DNA of 64,000 nucleotides from Thermodesulfobacteriota bacterium (lineage in GTDB: Bacteria; Desulfobacterota_D; UBA1144; Nemesobacterales; UBA2774), in contig DAOKYU010000004.1 in NCBI GenBank assembly GCA_035325995.1, positions 69,415-133,414 of the forward strand, read 5' to 3'. The notes below the pieces were generated by a model that searched no databases, was not told the DNA's origin, and saw only the letters and a list, made by a program, of their open reading frames with translations. Numbering within the stretch: the first letter of the stretch is position 1; each line of letters starts with the position of its first letter. The translations under genes and the position numbers were made by a program. Of the stretch, positions 40,284-51,042 are shown piece after piece.

Positions 40284-41672
40284 TTATTCATCTTTAAGGC
40301 TCATTCCATATTCAGGCGTGCCGTAGCCGTGGGCCATCTGGAAGCCGCTGTAGGCTTCTTCGCCATGCTCGCTGATATCGAGGCCGGCTTCTTCCTTGTC
40401 CGGGGAAAGCCTGAGACCTACTATAGCCTTTACGATCATAAGGATTATAGAGGTTCCGACGAAGGAGAATATCCAGGTGACAGCCACGCCGACAAACTGT
40501 ATCCAGAGCTGTTCGGGGTTGCCGAAGAAAAGGCCGTTCGCTCCGTCCGGGTTGACCGCCGTGGAGGCGAACAGCCCTGTTGCGAGAGCGCCCCAGGTGC
40601 CGCCTACGCCGTGTACGCCGACTACGTCGAGAGAGTCGTCATATCCGAGCTTTGGCTTAAGATTAACCGCAAAGAGGCACAGGACGCCACCGCCGAGGCC
40701 TATTATAATAGCGGCCATCGGGCTTACGAAGCCAGCGGCAGGAGTAATGGCGACGAGGCCGGCGACAGCACCGGTGGCCGCACCGAGGACAGTGGGCTTA
40801 CCCCTCATCATCCATTCGACAAAAACCCATGCCAGGACCGCAGCGGCCGTGGCGAGCTGGGTTGTAACGAAGGCCGTGGCCGCGAGCCCGTTCGCCCCGA
40901 GGGCGCTGCCGGCATTGAACCCGAACCACCCTACCCACAGAAGGGCCGCACCGATGACGCTGAAGGGCAGAATATGAGGAGCCATTGGCAGCTTACCGTA
41001 TCCGGTTCGCCTTCCAAGCAGCAATGCCGCCGCGAGGGCCGCAGCACCGGAGCTTATGTGAACGACAGTGCCGCCCGCGAAGTCCAGTGCGCCCATTGCG
41101 CCTATCCATCCACCGCCCCAAACCCAGTGGGCCAGCGGATCGTAGATCAATGTCGTCCATATAAGGGAAAAAAGAATAAAAGCGCTGAATTTCATGCGTT
41201 CGGCGAACGCCCCCGAGATAAGGGCGACGGTTATTATTGCGAACGTCATCTGGAAAACCATGAACAGGCTGTGGGGTATGGTCGACCCGTCAGCCGGCTC
41301 CGGCCCGACGCCGCTCAGGCCGAAGAAATCGAAGCCGCCGACCAGGGACGAGACATCACTCCCGAAAGCCAGCGTATATCCGATAATCGCCCACTGAATG
41401 CTTATAAGAGCGGCCAGGAAAAAGCTTTGCATTATAGTTCCGAGCGCATTCTTGGATCTGACAAGACCGCCGTAAAACAAAAACAGGCCCGGTATGGTCA
41501 TCATCAACACCAGGGCCGAAGAGGTCAATATCCAGGCCGTGTCCCCGGTATCCAGGGTGGAGGCCTCTTCCTGAGCGAACGTCAGCTCTGGAAAGAGCAC
41601 AACCAAAGCCAATAAAAACAACGCGCCAAGCGCCGGGAATTTATACTTCGAGCAGGTCCTTATCATTGACAA
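40284..41672 (-). CDS. amt: Ammonium transporter (Amt family) with signal peptide
   Basis: 11 TM helices, conserved Amt motifs (DFAGGTVVHISSG, twin His), and an N-terminal cleavable signal peptide. Confidence 0.95.
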   Translation of the reverse strand: MSMIRTCSKYKFPALGALFLLALVVLFPELTFAQEEASTLDTGDTAWILTSSALVLMMTIPGLFLFYGGLVRSKNALGTIMQSFFLAALISIQWAIIGYTLAFGSDVSSLVGGFDFFGLSGVGPEPADGSTIPHSLFMVFQMTFAIITVALISGAFAERMKFSAFILFSLIWTTLIYDPLAHWVWGGGWIGAMGALDFAGGTVVHISSGAAALAAALLLGRRTGYGKLPMAPHILPFSVIGAALLWVGWFGFNAGSALGANGLAATAFVTTQLATAAAVLAWVFVEWMMRGKPTVLGAATGAVAGLVAITPAAGFVSPMAAIIIGLGGGVLCLFAVNLKPKLGYDDSLDVVGVHGVGGTWGALATGLFASTAVNPDGANGLFFGNPEQLWIQFVGVAVTWIFSFVGTSIILMIVKAIVGLRLSPDKEEAGLDISEHGEEAYSGFQMAHGYGTPEYGMSLKDE

Positions 41673-41774
41673 TCCTCCTTTGTATTAGCTGGCTGATTTC
41701 AAAACGTAAAATGATTCGAGCATGTCCGAGACCCTCCTGCCAGTAATCAATCTCGTTTATTAGCTCTCTATGTT

Positions 41775-41790
41775 TGCAAACTGCATACCA
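41775..41790 (-). promoter_or_regulatory. Sigma-54-type -24/-12 promoter (TGGTATgcagtTTGCA on the minus strand) upstream of amt
   Basis: GG-N10-GC spacing, about 100 bp upstream of the amt start. It lies inside the palindrome TTTGCAAACTG-CATAC-CAGTTTGCATA. Confidence 0.55.
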
Positions 41791-42166
41791 GTTTGCATAA
41801 TGAATTATTGTCAATGATTATGGGACATTGCAGGAGGCAATCTATAGAATCGTGCTTAAATCTTGAGCAAACAATCTTAAAATTTAAACATTAGGGCCGG
41901 TGACACCTCTTTTTCTGTGGGCACTCCGATGCGGCACGGACCGCACGGGAAACTGCCCCGAGGAAAGACAGCGCTCCGGTACACCCGGCAAAGCGCCCCG
42001 TAAGACATCTCGTATGTTCAGGTAACAGCCTGTCAGGATTGACATTTTCGGGTACCGTACGACGCCGGAAACGGTTCGGAGAATTTTATGGGAAATTGAA
42101 ACGGGCGTATCCACGATACAGGAACGATTTTAACTCCCGGCTCGCGCGGCCGCCCGAATTTCGTCG

Positions 42167-43165
42167 TTATTCTTGAAGGTTTACGACGACCCTCCCCTTC
42201 TGGCCGCCTTTTAAAATGAGCTCTATCTGCTCGTCGAGGCCGTCGAGCGTGACCTCCGTTGCTATGCCGTCGAGGTCTATTTTCCACTCGCCCCCGAGCT
42301 TCGACCAGACCTTCCTTCTCGCGTCCATCGGGCAATAAGCGGAATCTATGCCGACGAGCGAAACGCCCCTCAGGATAAAGGGGTAAACGTTTATCGGGAG
42401 ATCGCCCGAGGCCACGTTCCCGCAGCAGGTCACGACGCCGTGCTGCTTTGCGGATTTTATCGCGGTCGCCAGTATTTCGCCGCCCACCGTATCGACGGCC
42501 CCGGCCCACCTCCCCTTGAGAAGAGGCCTTCCGGATGTGTCCGCTGAATCCGCCCTGCTTATGATCTCCTTAACGCCGAGCCCGGTCAAAAATTCCTTCT
42601 GATCCGTCTTGCCGGTAGACGCGACCACGCTGTAGCCGGCCTTGGCCAGTATCGCGCACGCAACGCTCCCGACGCCGCCCGTCGCCCCCGTGACGAGGAC
42701 TTCGCCCATGTCCGGCACGACGCCGTATTCCTCTATTTTGTAGACGGACAGGGCGGCCGTAAACCCCGCCGTGCCGTATATCATGCTCTCCCTCGCGGAA
42801 AGCCCCTCCGGCAGGCCGACCACCCACCCGGCCGGCACGCGTATGTACTCGCCGTACCCCCCGTCGGTATTCGCGCCGAGGTCGTAGCCCGTTACGAGAA
42901 CCTCCTCCCCGGGCTTTATCTGCGGAGACGAGCTCTCCTCTACGACCCCCGCCGCATCTATACCCGGGGTATGCGGGTAGCCCTTCGTGACACCCTTGTT
43001 GCCCGTCGCCGAAAGGGCGTCTTTAAAGTTAAGCGAGGAATACCGGACCCTTATGAGCACCTCCCCATCCGGAAGATCGCCTACCGACCGCTCCTTGATG
43101 GACCTCGTGAACTTGCCGCCTTCCTCCTCTTCTACGACCAGTGCCCTGAATTTTTTGTCACTCAT
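42167..43165 (-). CDS. YhdH/YhfP (AcuI-like) family MDR quinone oxidoreductase / acrylyl-CoA reductase
   Basis: Medium-chain dehydrogenase/reductase fold without a zinc site. Nucleotide-binding GATGGVG. Confidence 0.85.
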   Translation of the reverse strand: MSDKKFRALVVEEEEGGKFTRSIKERSVGDLPDGEVLIRVRYSSLNFKDALSATGNKGVTKGYPHTPGIDAAGVVEESSSPQIKPGEEVLVTGYDLGANTDGGYGEYIRVPAGWVVGLPEGLSARESMIYGTAGFTAALSVYKIEEYGVVPDMGEVLVTGATGGVGSVACAILAKAGYSVVASTGKTDQKEFLTGLGVKEIISRADSADTSGRPLLKGRWAGAVDTVGGEILATAIKSAKQHGVVTCCGNVASGDLPINVYPFILRGVSLVGIDSAYCPMDARRKVWSKLGGEWKIDLDGIATEVTLDGLDEQIELILKGGQKGRVVVNLQE

Positions 43166-43231
43166 GGAATCGCCTCCTCGAAATTCCGCAGTTTCGCGCG
43201 GGGACGGGTTATATAAACACCCCTAAGAAAT

Positions 43232-43251
43232 ATTACCGAATATTCGGTAAT
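43232..43251. promoter_or_regulatory. Perfect 20-bp palindrome ATTACCGAATATTCGGTAAT (candidate dimeric repressor operator)
   Basis: Seen directly in the divergent intergenic region between the oxidoreductase and the PQQ-dehydrogenase-like gene. Confidence 0.5.
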
Positions 43252-43489
43252 GACAACCGCCGGCGGGGTTTTAAAGCCTGTTGCCCGCGGCTACGACGGG
43301 TGATATGCTTTGCATATACACAGAGAGTCCTGATCCGAAAAGGCAAATCGCTAGAAAGGGCGGGGCGCAAAGCCTGAGCCTAAAGGCCTCCCGGCCCACG
43401 GCAATCCGGCTGCCGAATAGAGGGACGACGAATTTTCATCCTGCCTTACTAAGCCCTCGAAACGGAGACGGACCGGGGAGGGTGGTATA

Positions 43490-45211
43490 GTGAAATACGG
43501 GGCTTATTTCCTTCTTCTGGCTTTTTCATTTCTTGCAATCGACGTTGCGCCCACAGTCGAGCTTACGACTGTGAAAGTCGCTGGCGGATTCGTGGACCCG
43601 CTCTATCTCGCTTCTCCCGTCGGGGATACCACCCGCCTCTTCGTGGTGGAGCAGAACACCGGACGCATCAGGATCATAAAGAACGGCGCCGTTCTTCCGG
43701 CGCCGTTCCTCGACATCGGGGCCAAGGCGTCGAGCGGCGGCGAAAGGGGGCTCCTCGGCCTCGCGTTCCACCCGAACTATTCCTCGAACGGGTATTTCTA
43801 CGTCAACTACACGGACAACGACGGAAACTCGGTCATAGCCCGCTACAGGGTTTCCGGCAATCCCGACGTCGCCGACGCCGCGAGCGAAACCGTCCTCATG
43901 AACGTCACGCAGCCCTTCAGTAACCACAACGGCGGGATGATGGCCTTCAGCCCGAACGACGATTACCTCTACATCGGCGTGGGCGACGGCGGCTCGGGCA
44001 ACGACCCCGGGAACAGGGCCCAGGACGGAAACGAGGTCTTCGGCAAAATACTCAGGATGGACGTCGGGAACGGCACCCTCTTCAGGGACGCGCCGGAAAA
44101 CCCCTTCAGCAATAATCCGTCGTTTCTGGGCAGCATATGGGCCCTCGGGTTCAGAAACCCCTGGAGGTTCAGCTTCGACAGGCTGAACGGCGACCTTTAC
44201 ATAGCGGACGTCGGCGAAAGTGCGCGCGAGGAGGTGAGCTGGCAGCCGGGCGACAGCCAGGGCGGGGAAAACTACGGCTGGCGCTGCATGGAGGGCAAGG
44301 CCTGTACGGGTCTCTCGGGATGCACGTGCAACTCCCCCGGGCTGACGATACCCCTTCACGACTACGCCCACTCCGGCGGCAACTGCTCCATAACGGGCGG
44401 GTACGTATACAGGGGCGCCGACATACCCGAGCTCGACGGCACGTATTTTTACGCCGATTACTGTACCGGCAGGATATGGTCCTTCAAGCGGAGCGGCGGC
44501 GGCGCTGCGCAGCTCACCGAGCGCACGGCCGAGCTGAGGCCCCAAACCGGCGAGACCATAAACAACGTAACTTCATTCGGCGAGGACGACAGGGGCGAGA
44601 TATATATCGTCGACAAGGACGGCGAGATATTCAAAATAGTCGCTAGAACTGGGCCGGGGCCCACCCCGACACCCGTCCCCACGGCTCCCCCCGCTCCGCA
44701 GCCGGGGAACCCAGTGCTCGGAACCCTTAATCCCGGGACGGCGGGGATGCGGAATACCGTCACCGTAACCGGCGCGCCGCCGGGAGCCAGGGTGAGATTC
44801 GCCTATTCCCTTCTTTCGACCGGGTTCACGGTTATAAGGGGCGGCGCATGTAACGGCCAGATACTGCGCCTGAGGGGCGCGAGCATAATAGCTTCCGGAA
44901 CAGCCGATTCGGGCGGGCAGGCGACGCTGAGCCCGACACTTCCGTCCACCACCAGGGGAAGGACTATATACATGCAGGCGATAATCGAGAGCGGAACCAC
45001 CTGCGCCCTCACGGACAGGGCGGCGCAGTCCATTGGCCGGGCCCAGGGGACGCCGGGAAGCGGCGGCAGAGGCCCGACACGTCCGTCACGGCCGGGTGGA
45101 GGATTCGGCGGTGGTAGCGGAGGATTCGGGGGCGGCGGCAGCGGACCGGGCAGAGGCGGATTAGGAGGCGGCGGATTTGGCCCCGGCGGGGGCTTCTTCG
45201 GCGGCAGATAG
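43490..45211 (+). CDS. Secreted PQQ-dependent sugar dehydrogenase family protein (soluble glucose/sorbosone dehydrogenase-like beta-propeller) with C-terminal extra domain and Gly-rich tail
   Basis: Signal peptide. Family blocks GLLGLAFHP...YFYV.YT and PF..HNGG...F..DG.LY...GDGG. A C-terminal Pro/Thr linker, an additional beta domain, and a GGGFGGG tail. GTG start with a GGGAGGG RBS. Confidence 0.8.
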   Translation: MKYGAYFLLLAFSFLAIDVAPTVELTTVKVAGGFVDPLYLASPVGDTTRLFVVEQNTGRIRIIKNGAVLPAPFLDIGAKASSGGERGLLGLAFHPNYSSNGYFYVNYTDNDGNSVIARYRVSGNPDVADAASETVLMNVTQPFSNHNGGMMAFSPNDDYLYIGVGDGGSGNDPGNRAQDGNEVFGKILRMDVGNGTLFRDAPENPFSNNPSFLGSIWALGFRNPWRFSFDRLNGDLYIADVGESAREEVSWQPGDSQGGENYGWRCMEGKACTGLSGCTCNSPGLTIPLHDYAHSGGNCSITGGYVYRGADIPELDGTYFYADYCTGRIWSFKRSGGGAAQLTERTAELRPQTGETINNVTSFGEDDRGEIYIVDKDGEIFKIVARTGPGPTPTPVPTAPPAPQPGNPVLGTLNPGTAGMRNTVTVTGAPPGARVRFAYSLLSTGFTVIRGGACNGQILRLRGASIIASGTADSGGQATLSPTLPSTTRGRTIYMQAIIESGTTCALTDRAAQSIGRAQGTPGSGGRGPTRPSRPGGGFGGGSGGFGGGGSGPGRGGLGGGGFGPGGGFFGGR

Positions 45212-45283
45212 AACCCGCGTCAGATAACGCGCCGGCGTAGACGTATCTAGCGTAAAGCGGATCCCGGGTTTTAGGGGAAGGTT

Positions 45284-47206
<1,923 letters not shown>

Positions 47207-47316
47207 TTACGCACCTTACCCCGGGCAGGGGCCCTTGCGATTAGTATAAGAGTAACCACCCCAAAGCGCAATCGAGAAGGGATTGTGTAAGCCGGGCCGT
47301 CCTGTAAAATAAACCC

Positions 47317-48372
47317 ATGCCGGAGATAATCCTCGGGATCGAAAGCTCGTGCGACGAAACGTCCGCCGCCGTCATCACGGACGGGCGCAGGGTACTGTCC
47401 AATATCGTCGCTTCTCAGGCCGACATACATAAGGAATACGGCGGCGTCGTCCCCGAGATAGCGTCGAGAAAGCACGTCGAGCTCATACTCGCCGTGATAA
47501 AGAAGGCGCTCACGGAAGCCGGCGTCGAGAAGAGCGGCATTACCGGCGTCACCGTCACGAGCGGCCCCGGCCTCATCGGGGCTCTCATGGTCGGGCTCTC
47601 GGCGGCCAAGGCGCTCGCCTACGGCCTGGGCGTGCCGCTCATAGGGGTGAATCACCTCGAAGCGCACCTCGCCGCCGTCCACATAGAGCACGACGTCGAG
47701 TTCCCGTTCGTCGGGCTCGTCGTATCGGGAGGCCACACGAGTCTTTACTTCGTTGAAGACTATACCCACTTAACGATACTCGGGAAGACGAGGGACGACG
47801 CGGCGGGCGAGGCGTTCGACAAGGCCGCGAAGCTCCTCGGCCTCGGATACCCGGGCGGCGTACAGATAGACAGGCTGGCAAAAGAAGGAAACCCCGAAGC
47901 GGTCAAATTCCCGAGGCCGTTCAAATCCTCTTCGACGTTCGATTTCAGCTTCAGCGGGCTGAAGACGTCGCTGGTCTATTACCTGAGGGAGCATCCCTCT
48001 CCCGACGACCGGGAGCTCCGCGACATTTGCGCCGGGTACCAGGAGGCGATAGCCGAAACCCTCGTCGAGAAGGCCCTCCTCGCGGCCAGGGCGCGAGGGG
48101 TGAAAAGCGCCGTCATGGCGGGCGGGGTCGCGTGCAATTCCAGGCTCCGCGCCCTTGCCTCGGAGAGGTTCGGAGAAGAAGGGATGGGCGTCTACATACC
48201 ATCCCCCGTTTACTGTACCGACAACGCGGCGATGGTAGGCGTCCTCGGCTCCTATGCCTTCAGGGAAGGCAGGACGTCAGACCTCTCGCTCGGCCCGTTT
48301 TCGACCTCGCGCACCAAATACGTCAGGGGAAAGGGCGAGCTCGCGAAAGCCTCCCCCGCTCAGTCCTCGTAA
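47317..48372 (+). CDS. tsaD: tRNA N6-adenosine threonylcarbamoyltransferase TsaD
   Basis: MPEIILGIESSCDETSAAV... plus the Kae1/TsaD metal-binding His pair. Confidence 0.95.
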   Translation: MPEIILGIESSCDETSAAVITDGRRVLSNIVASQADIHKEYGGVVPEIASRKHVELILAVIKKALTEAGVEKSGITGVTVTSGPGLIGALMVGLSAAKALAYGLGVPLIGVNHLEAHLAAVHIEHDVEFPFVGLVVSGGHTSLYFVEDYTHLTILGKTRDDAAGEAFDKAAKLLGLGYPGGVQIDRLAKEGNPEAVKFPRPFKSSSTFDFSFSGLKTSLVYYLREHPSPDDRELRDICAGYQEAIAETLVEKALLAARARGVKSAVMAGGVACNSRLRALASERFGEEGMGVYIPSPVYCTDNAAMVGVLGSYAFREGRTSDLSLGPFSTSRTKYVRGKGELAKASPAQSS

Positions 48373-48662
48373 TCGACGACCGCCCTGTCGGTACGGATCT
48401 CCCCTACGAAATCCACTATCTTGAGGTGCTCCGGATGGTTCTGGTACGCGTCGAGCCCACGCCTGTCCTCAAACTCCGAGTAAAGGACGACGTCGAACGC
48501 AGCCGGCGAGGAGTTAAAATTAATCCCGACCTCGAGGGCCTTTATGTCCTCTACCCGGTCCTTTAAATCTTCGAGCGATTCCTTTAACTTCTTCGCATTC
48601 TCTTCCCTGGACGCCCCCGCGGCGAAATCCTTCAGTCTCCACATTACGATGTGCTTTATCAC
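48360..48662 (-). CDS. Dabb-family stress-responsive alpha/beta-barrel protein
   Basis: MIKHIVMWRLKD... is the Dabb signature. 100 aa. Confidence 0.8.
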   Translation of the reverse strand: MIKHIVMWRLKDFAAGASREENAKKLKESLEDLKDRVEDIKALEVGINFNSSPAAFDVVLYSEFEDRRGLDAYQNHPEHLKIVDFVGEIRTDRAVVDYED

Positions 48663-48883
48663 TTCGTATCCTCCTGGGCCGGTATATTTTATAACCCCGA
48701 AATATCGAATCCCCGGCCTTTTGATTTTTCCGGGGAAGCAAATAGAATAATACTAACCGGAGCACGGGATTCCGCACAACGGGGGGCGTGCGGGAGTGAT
48801 TCAGGCCCGGTCACCCTGTCCTTTTTGTTATACTTTAAGTCTTTTAGCACAGAACATAAGCGAGGCGGTCGGGAGAATAAGCA

Positions 48884-50962
48884 TTGGCTGTTACGGAAGT
48901 CGAAGAGCCCGGACGGGGCAGGAAAACTTACGACCTCAAGATTATAAAATGGCTTTACGGATTCACGGGCCCGTACAGGAAGTACATGTTCCTCGCGCTC
49001 GTCCTCATGCTCGTGACGGCGGCGCTCGAGCTCGCCGTCCCCTACATCGCCAAGGTCGCCGTCGATAAATACATATACCCTTCCTGGAGGGCTGCGTCGT
49101 TCGAGGGCGAAGCCGGTAAAAAACCCGGGGCGGAAGAGCTAAAAAACAAGCTGCTTACTCTTAACCCCTCGCTCGTCGTCAAGCTCGGCGCTGACTCCTA
49201 CCTCGTCGATACATCGGGCCTCGGAAACGAGGACAGGAGCGACCTCGAAAAGCTCGGCATCGCGGGCGGCGAGAAATTCCTCGTCATAAAACCCGAAGAG
49301 CTCCCGGCCGGAGACCGCGCCGAAGTAGGCGGGATAATACGCAGATACCCCGGTGCGTTCAGGGAGGCCGGCGGGGTGTATTACATCGGCTACAGCGCGC
49401 TCAAGGGCCTCGGCCGTAGCGACCTACTCACACTCAGGAGCGGCGAGATAAAGGAAGTCGGCATACTGGCCGCCGTGCTCTTTTTGTGCCTCACCGGCAT
49501 ATTCGTATTCAGCTCCGCGTTCACTTATCTTCTAAACTATTCCGGCCACAGGATAATGCACACGATAAGAACGGGGGTTTTCGAGCGTACACTCCGGCTG
49601 CCGCAGGCGTTCTTCGACAAAAACCCGGTCGGCAGGCTGACGACGAGGGTCACGAGCGACGTCAACGCCATAAACGAAATGTACACGTCCGTCGCCGTCC
49701 AGTTCGTAAAGGACATACTCGTCGTCATAGGCGTATTCGCGGTCATGTTTTACATGAACGTAGAGCTCACGCTCTTCGTCGCGCTCTTCACGGTCTTCCT
49801 CTGCTTCTTCGCCGGGCTCTTCAGGATGAGGCTCAAGACAGTTTACAGGGACGTCAGGCGCTCGATCGCCAAGCTTAACGCATTCGTCCAGGAGAGCGTA
49901 CGCGGCATAGTGCTCATAAAGCTCTACAACCGCGAGATGCAGAACTTCGAAAGGTTCAAGGACACGAACAGGGAAAATTTCAAGGCGAACATGGACCAGC
50001 TCTGGGTCTACGCGACGTTCAGGCCGTTCATAGAATTCACGAGCGTCTTCACCGTGGCCTTTATCATATGGTACGGCGGCCTCAAGGTGCTCGCGCTCGA
50101 CCTCACGCTCGGGGCGCTCATCGCATATCTTTACTATGTAAGGATGCTGTTCAGGCCGATCATGGAGCTCGCGGAGAAGTACAACATCTTCCAGTCCGCT
50201 GCGGCGGCGTCCGAGAATCTCTACGACCTCTCTCACGAAGAGGTGGAGCCCACGGGCGGCGTCATCGAGGGGCCGGTTAAGGGCAGGCTCGAATTCAGAA
50301 ACGTCTGGTTCTCGTATAACGGGGCCGACTGGGTGCTGAAGGATATCTCGTTCGCGATCGAGCCCGGCGAAACAGTTGCGCTCGTCGGCCTCACCGGCTC
50401 GGGGAAAACCACGATAGTGAACCTGATACTCCGGTTCTACGACCCCGACAGGGGGCACATATATCTTGACGGCGTGGACATAAAAGACTTCGACCCCGAA
50501 TTTCTGAGGAGCAAAATAACCGCCGTATTCCAGGACCTCTTTCTCTTCGGGAAAAAGCTCTCCCGTGACGGTCAGGACGAGTTCTCGCGCTCGATAGAAA
50601 TAGACGAGATAAAAAATAACGGCGGCGTGATATCCTCGGGGGAAAAACAGCTCGTCTCACTCGGGCACGCCCTTTCGAGGGACGCCGGGATACTCATCCT
50701 CGACGAGGCGACTTCGAGTATCGACGCCCGCATCGAAAGGAATATCCAGAAGGCGCTCCGGAACGGCAAACACGAGCGGACGACGCTCATAATCGCCCAC
50801 AGGCTGTCTAACGTGAGACACGCCGACAGGATAACCGTCCTCCACAAGGGCGAGATATCCGAGACCGGAACACACGCCAGCCTGATTTCACACAAGGGAA
50901 TCTACTACAACCTCTACGAGCTCCAGAGCGAAATGCAGCGCTTCTCGCTCCTGGCCGACTAG
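48884..50962 (+). CDS. ABC transporter permease/ATP-binding fusion protein (type I exporter, MsbA-like) with a roughly 130-aa periplasmic insertion after TM1
   Basis: 6-TM exporter core with ATPase (GLTGSGKTT, LSSGEKQLVSLGHAL, ILILDEATS). The TTG start is uncertain. Confidence 0.85.
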   Translation: MAVTEVEEPGRGRKTYDLKIIKWLYGFTGPYRKYMFLALVLMLVTAALELAVPYIAKVAVDKYIYPSWRAASFEGEAGKKPGAEELKNKLLTLNPSLVVKLGADSYLVDTSGLGNEDRSDLEKLGIAGGEKFLVIKPEELPAGDRAEVGGIIRRYPGAFREAGGVYYIGYSALKGLGRSDLLTLRSGEIKEVGILAAVLFLCLTGIFVFSSAFTYLLNYSGHRIMHTIRTGVFERTLRLPQAFFDKNPVGRLTTRVTSDVNAINEMYTSVAVQFVKDILVVIGVFAVMFYMNVELTLFVALFTVFLCFFAGLFRMRLKTVYRDVRRSIAKLNAFVQESVRGIVLIKLYNREMQNFERFKDTNRENFKANMDQLWVYATFRPFIEFTSVFTVAFIIWYGGLKVLALDLTLGALIAYLYYVRMLFRPIMELAEKYNIFQSAAAASENLYDLSHEEVEPTGGVIEGPVKGRLEFRNVWFSYNGADWVLKDISFAIEPGETVALVGLTGSGKTTIVNLILRFYDPDRGHIYLDGVDIKDFDPEFLRSKITAVFQDLFLFGKKLSRDGQDEFSRSIEIDEIKNNGGVISSGEKQLVSLGHALSRDAGILILDEATSSIDARIERNIQKALRNGKHERTTLIIAHRLSNVRHADRITVLHKGEISETGTHASLISHKGIYYNLYELQSEMQRFSLLAD

Positions 50963-51042
50963 GGGCGGGGAGGCCGGAGATTACGTTCATAGAAACACAT
51001 CTGCTTTCCGGCCGCAAAAAGAAACTCACCGCATACCTCGGC

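Noticed and set aside
39717-41615. 632-aa plus-strand ORF spanning amt and arfB
   Set aside because: It is antisense to two strongly conserved genes. It has Arg/Gly/Pro-rich shadow-frame composition typical of GC-rich DNA and no family resemblance.
41773-41800. Plus-strand sigma-54 promoter in the amt palindrome
   Set aside because: The plus-strand reading (TGCATAccagtTTGCA) lacks the invariant GG at -24. Only the minus-strand orientation (toward amt) fits.
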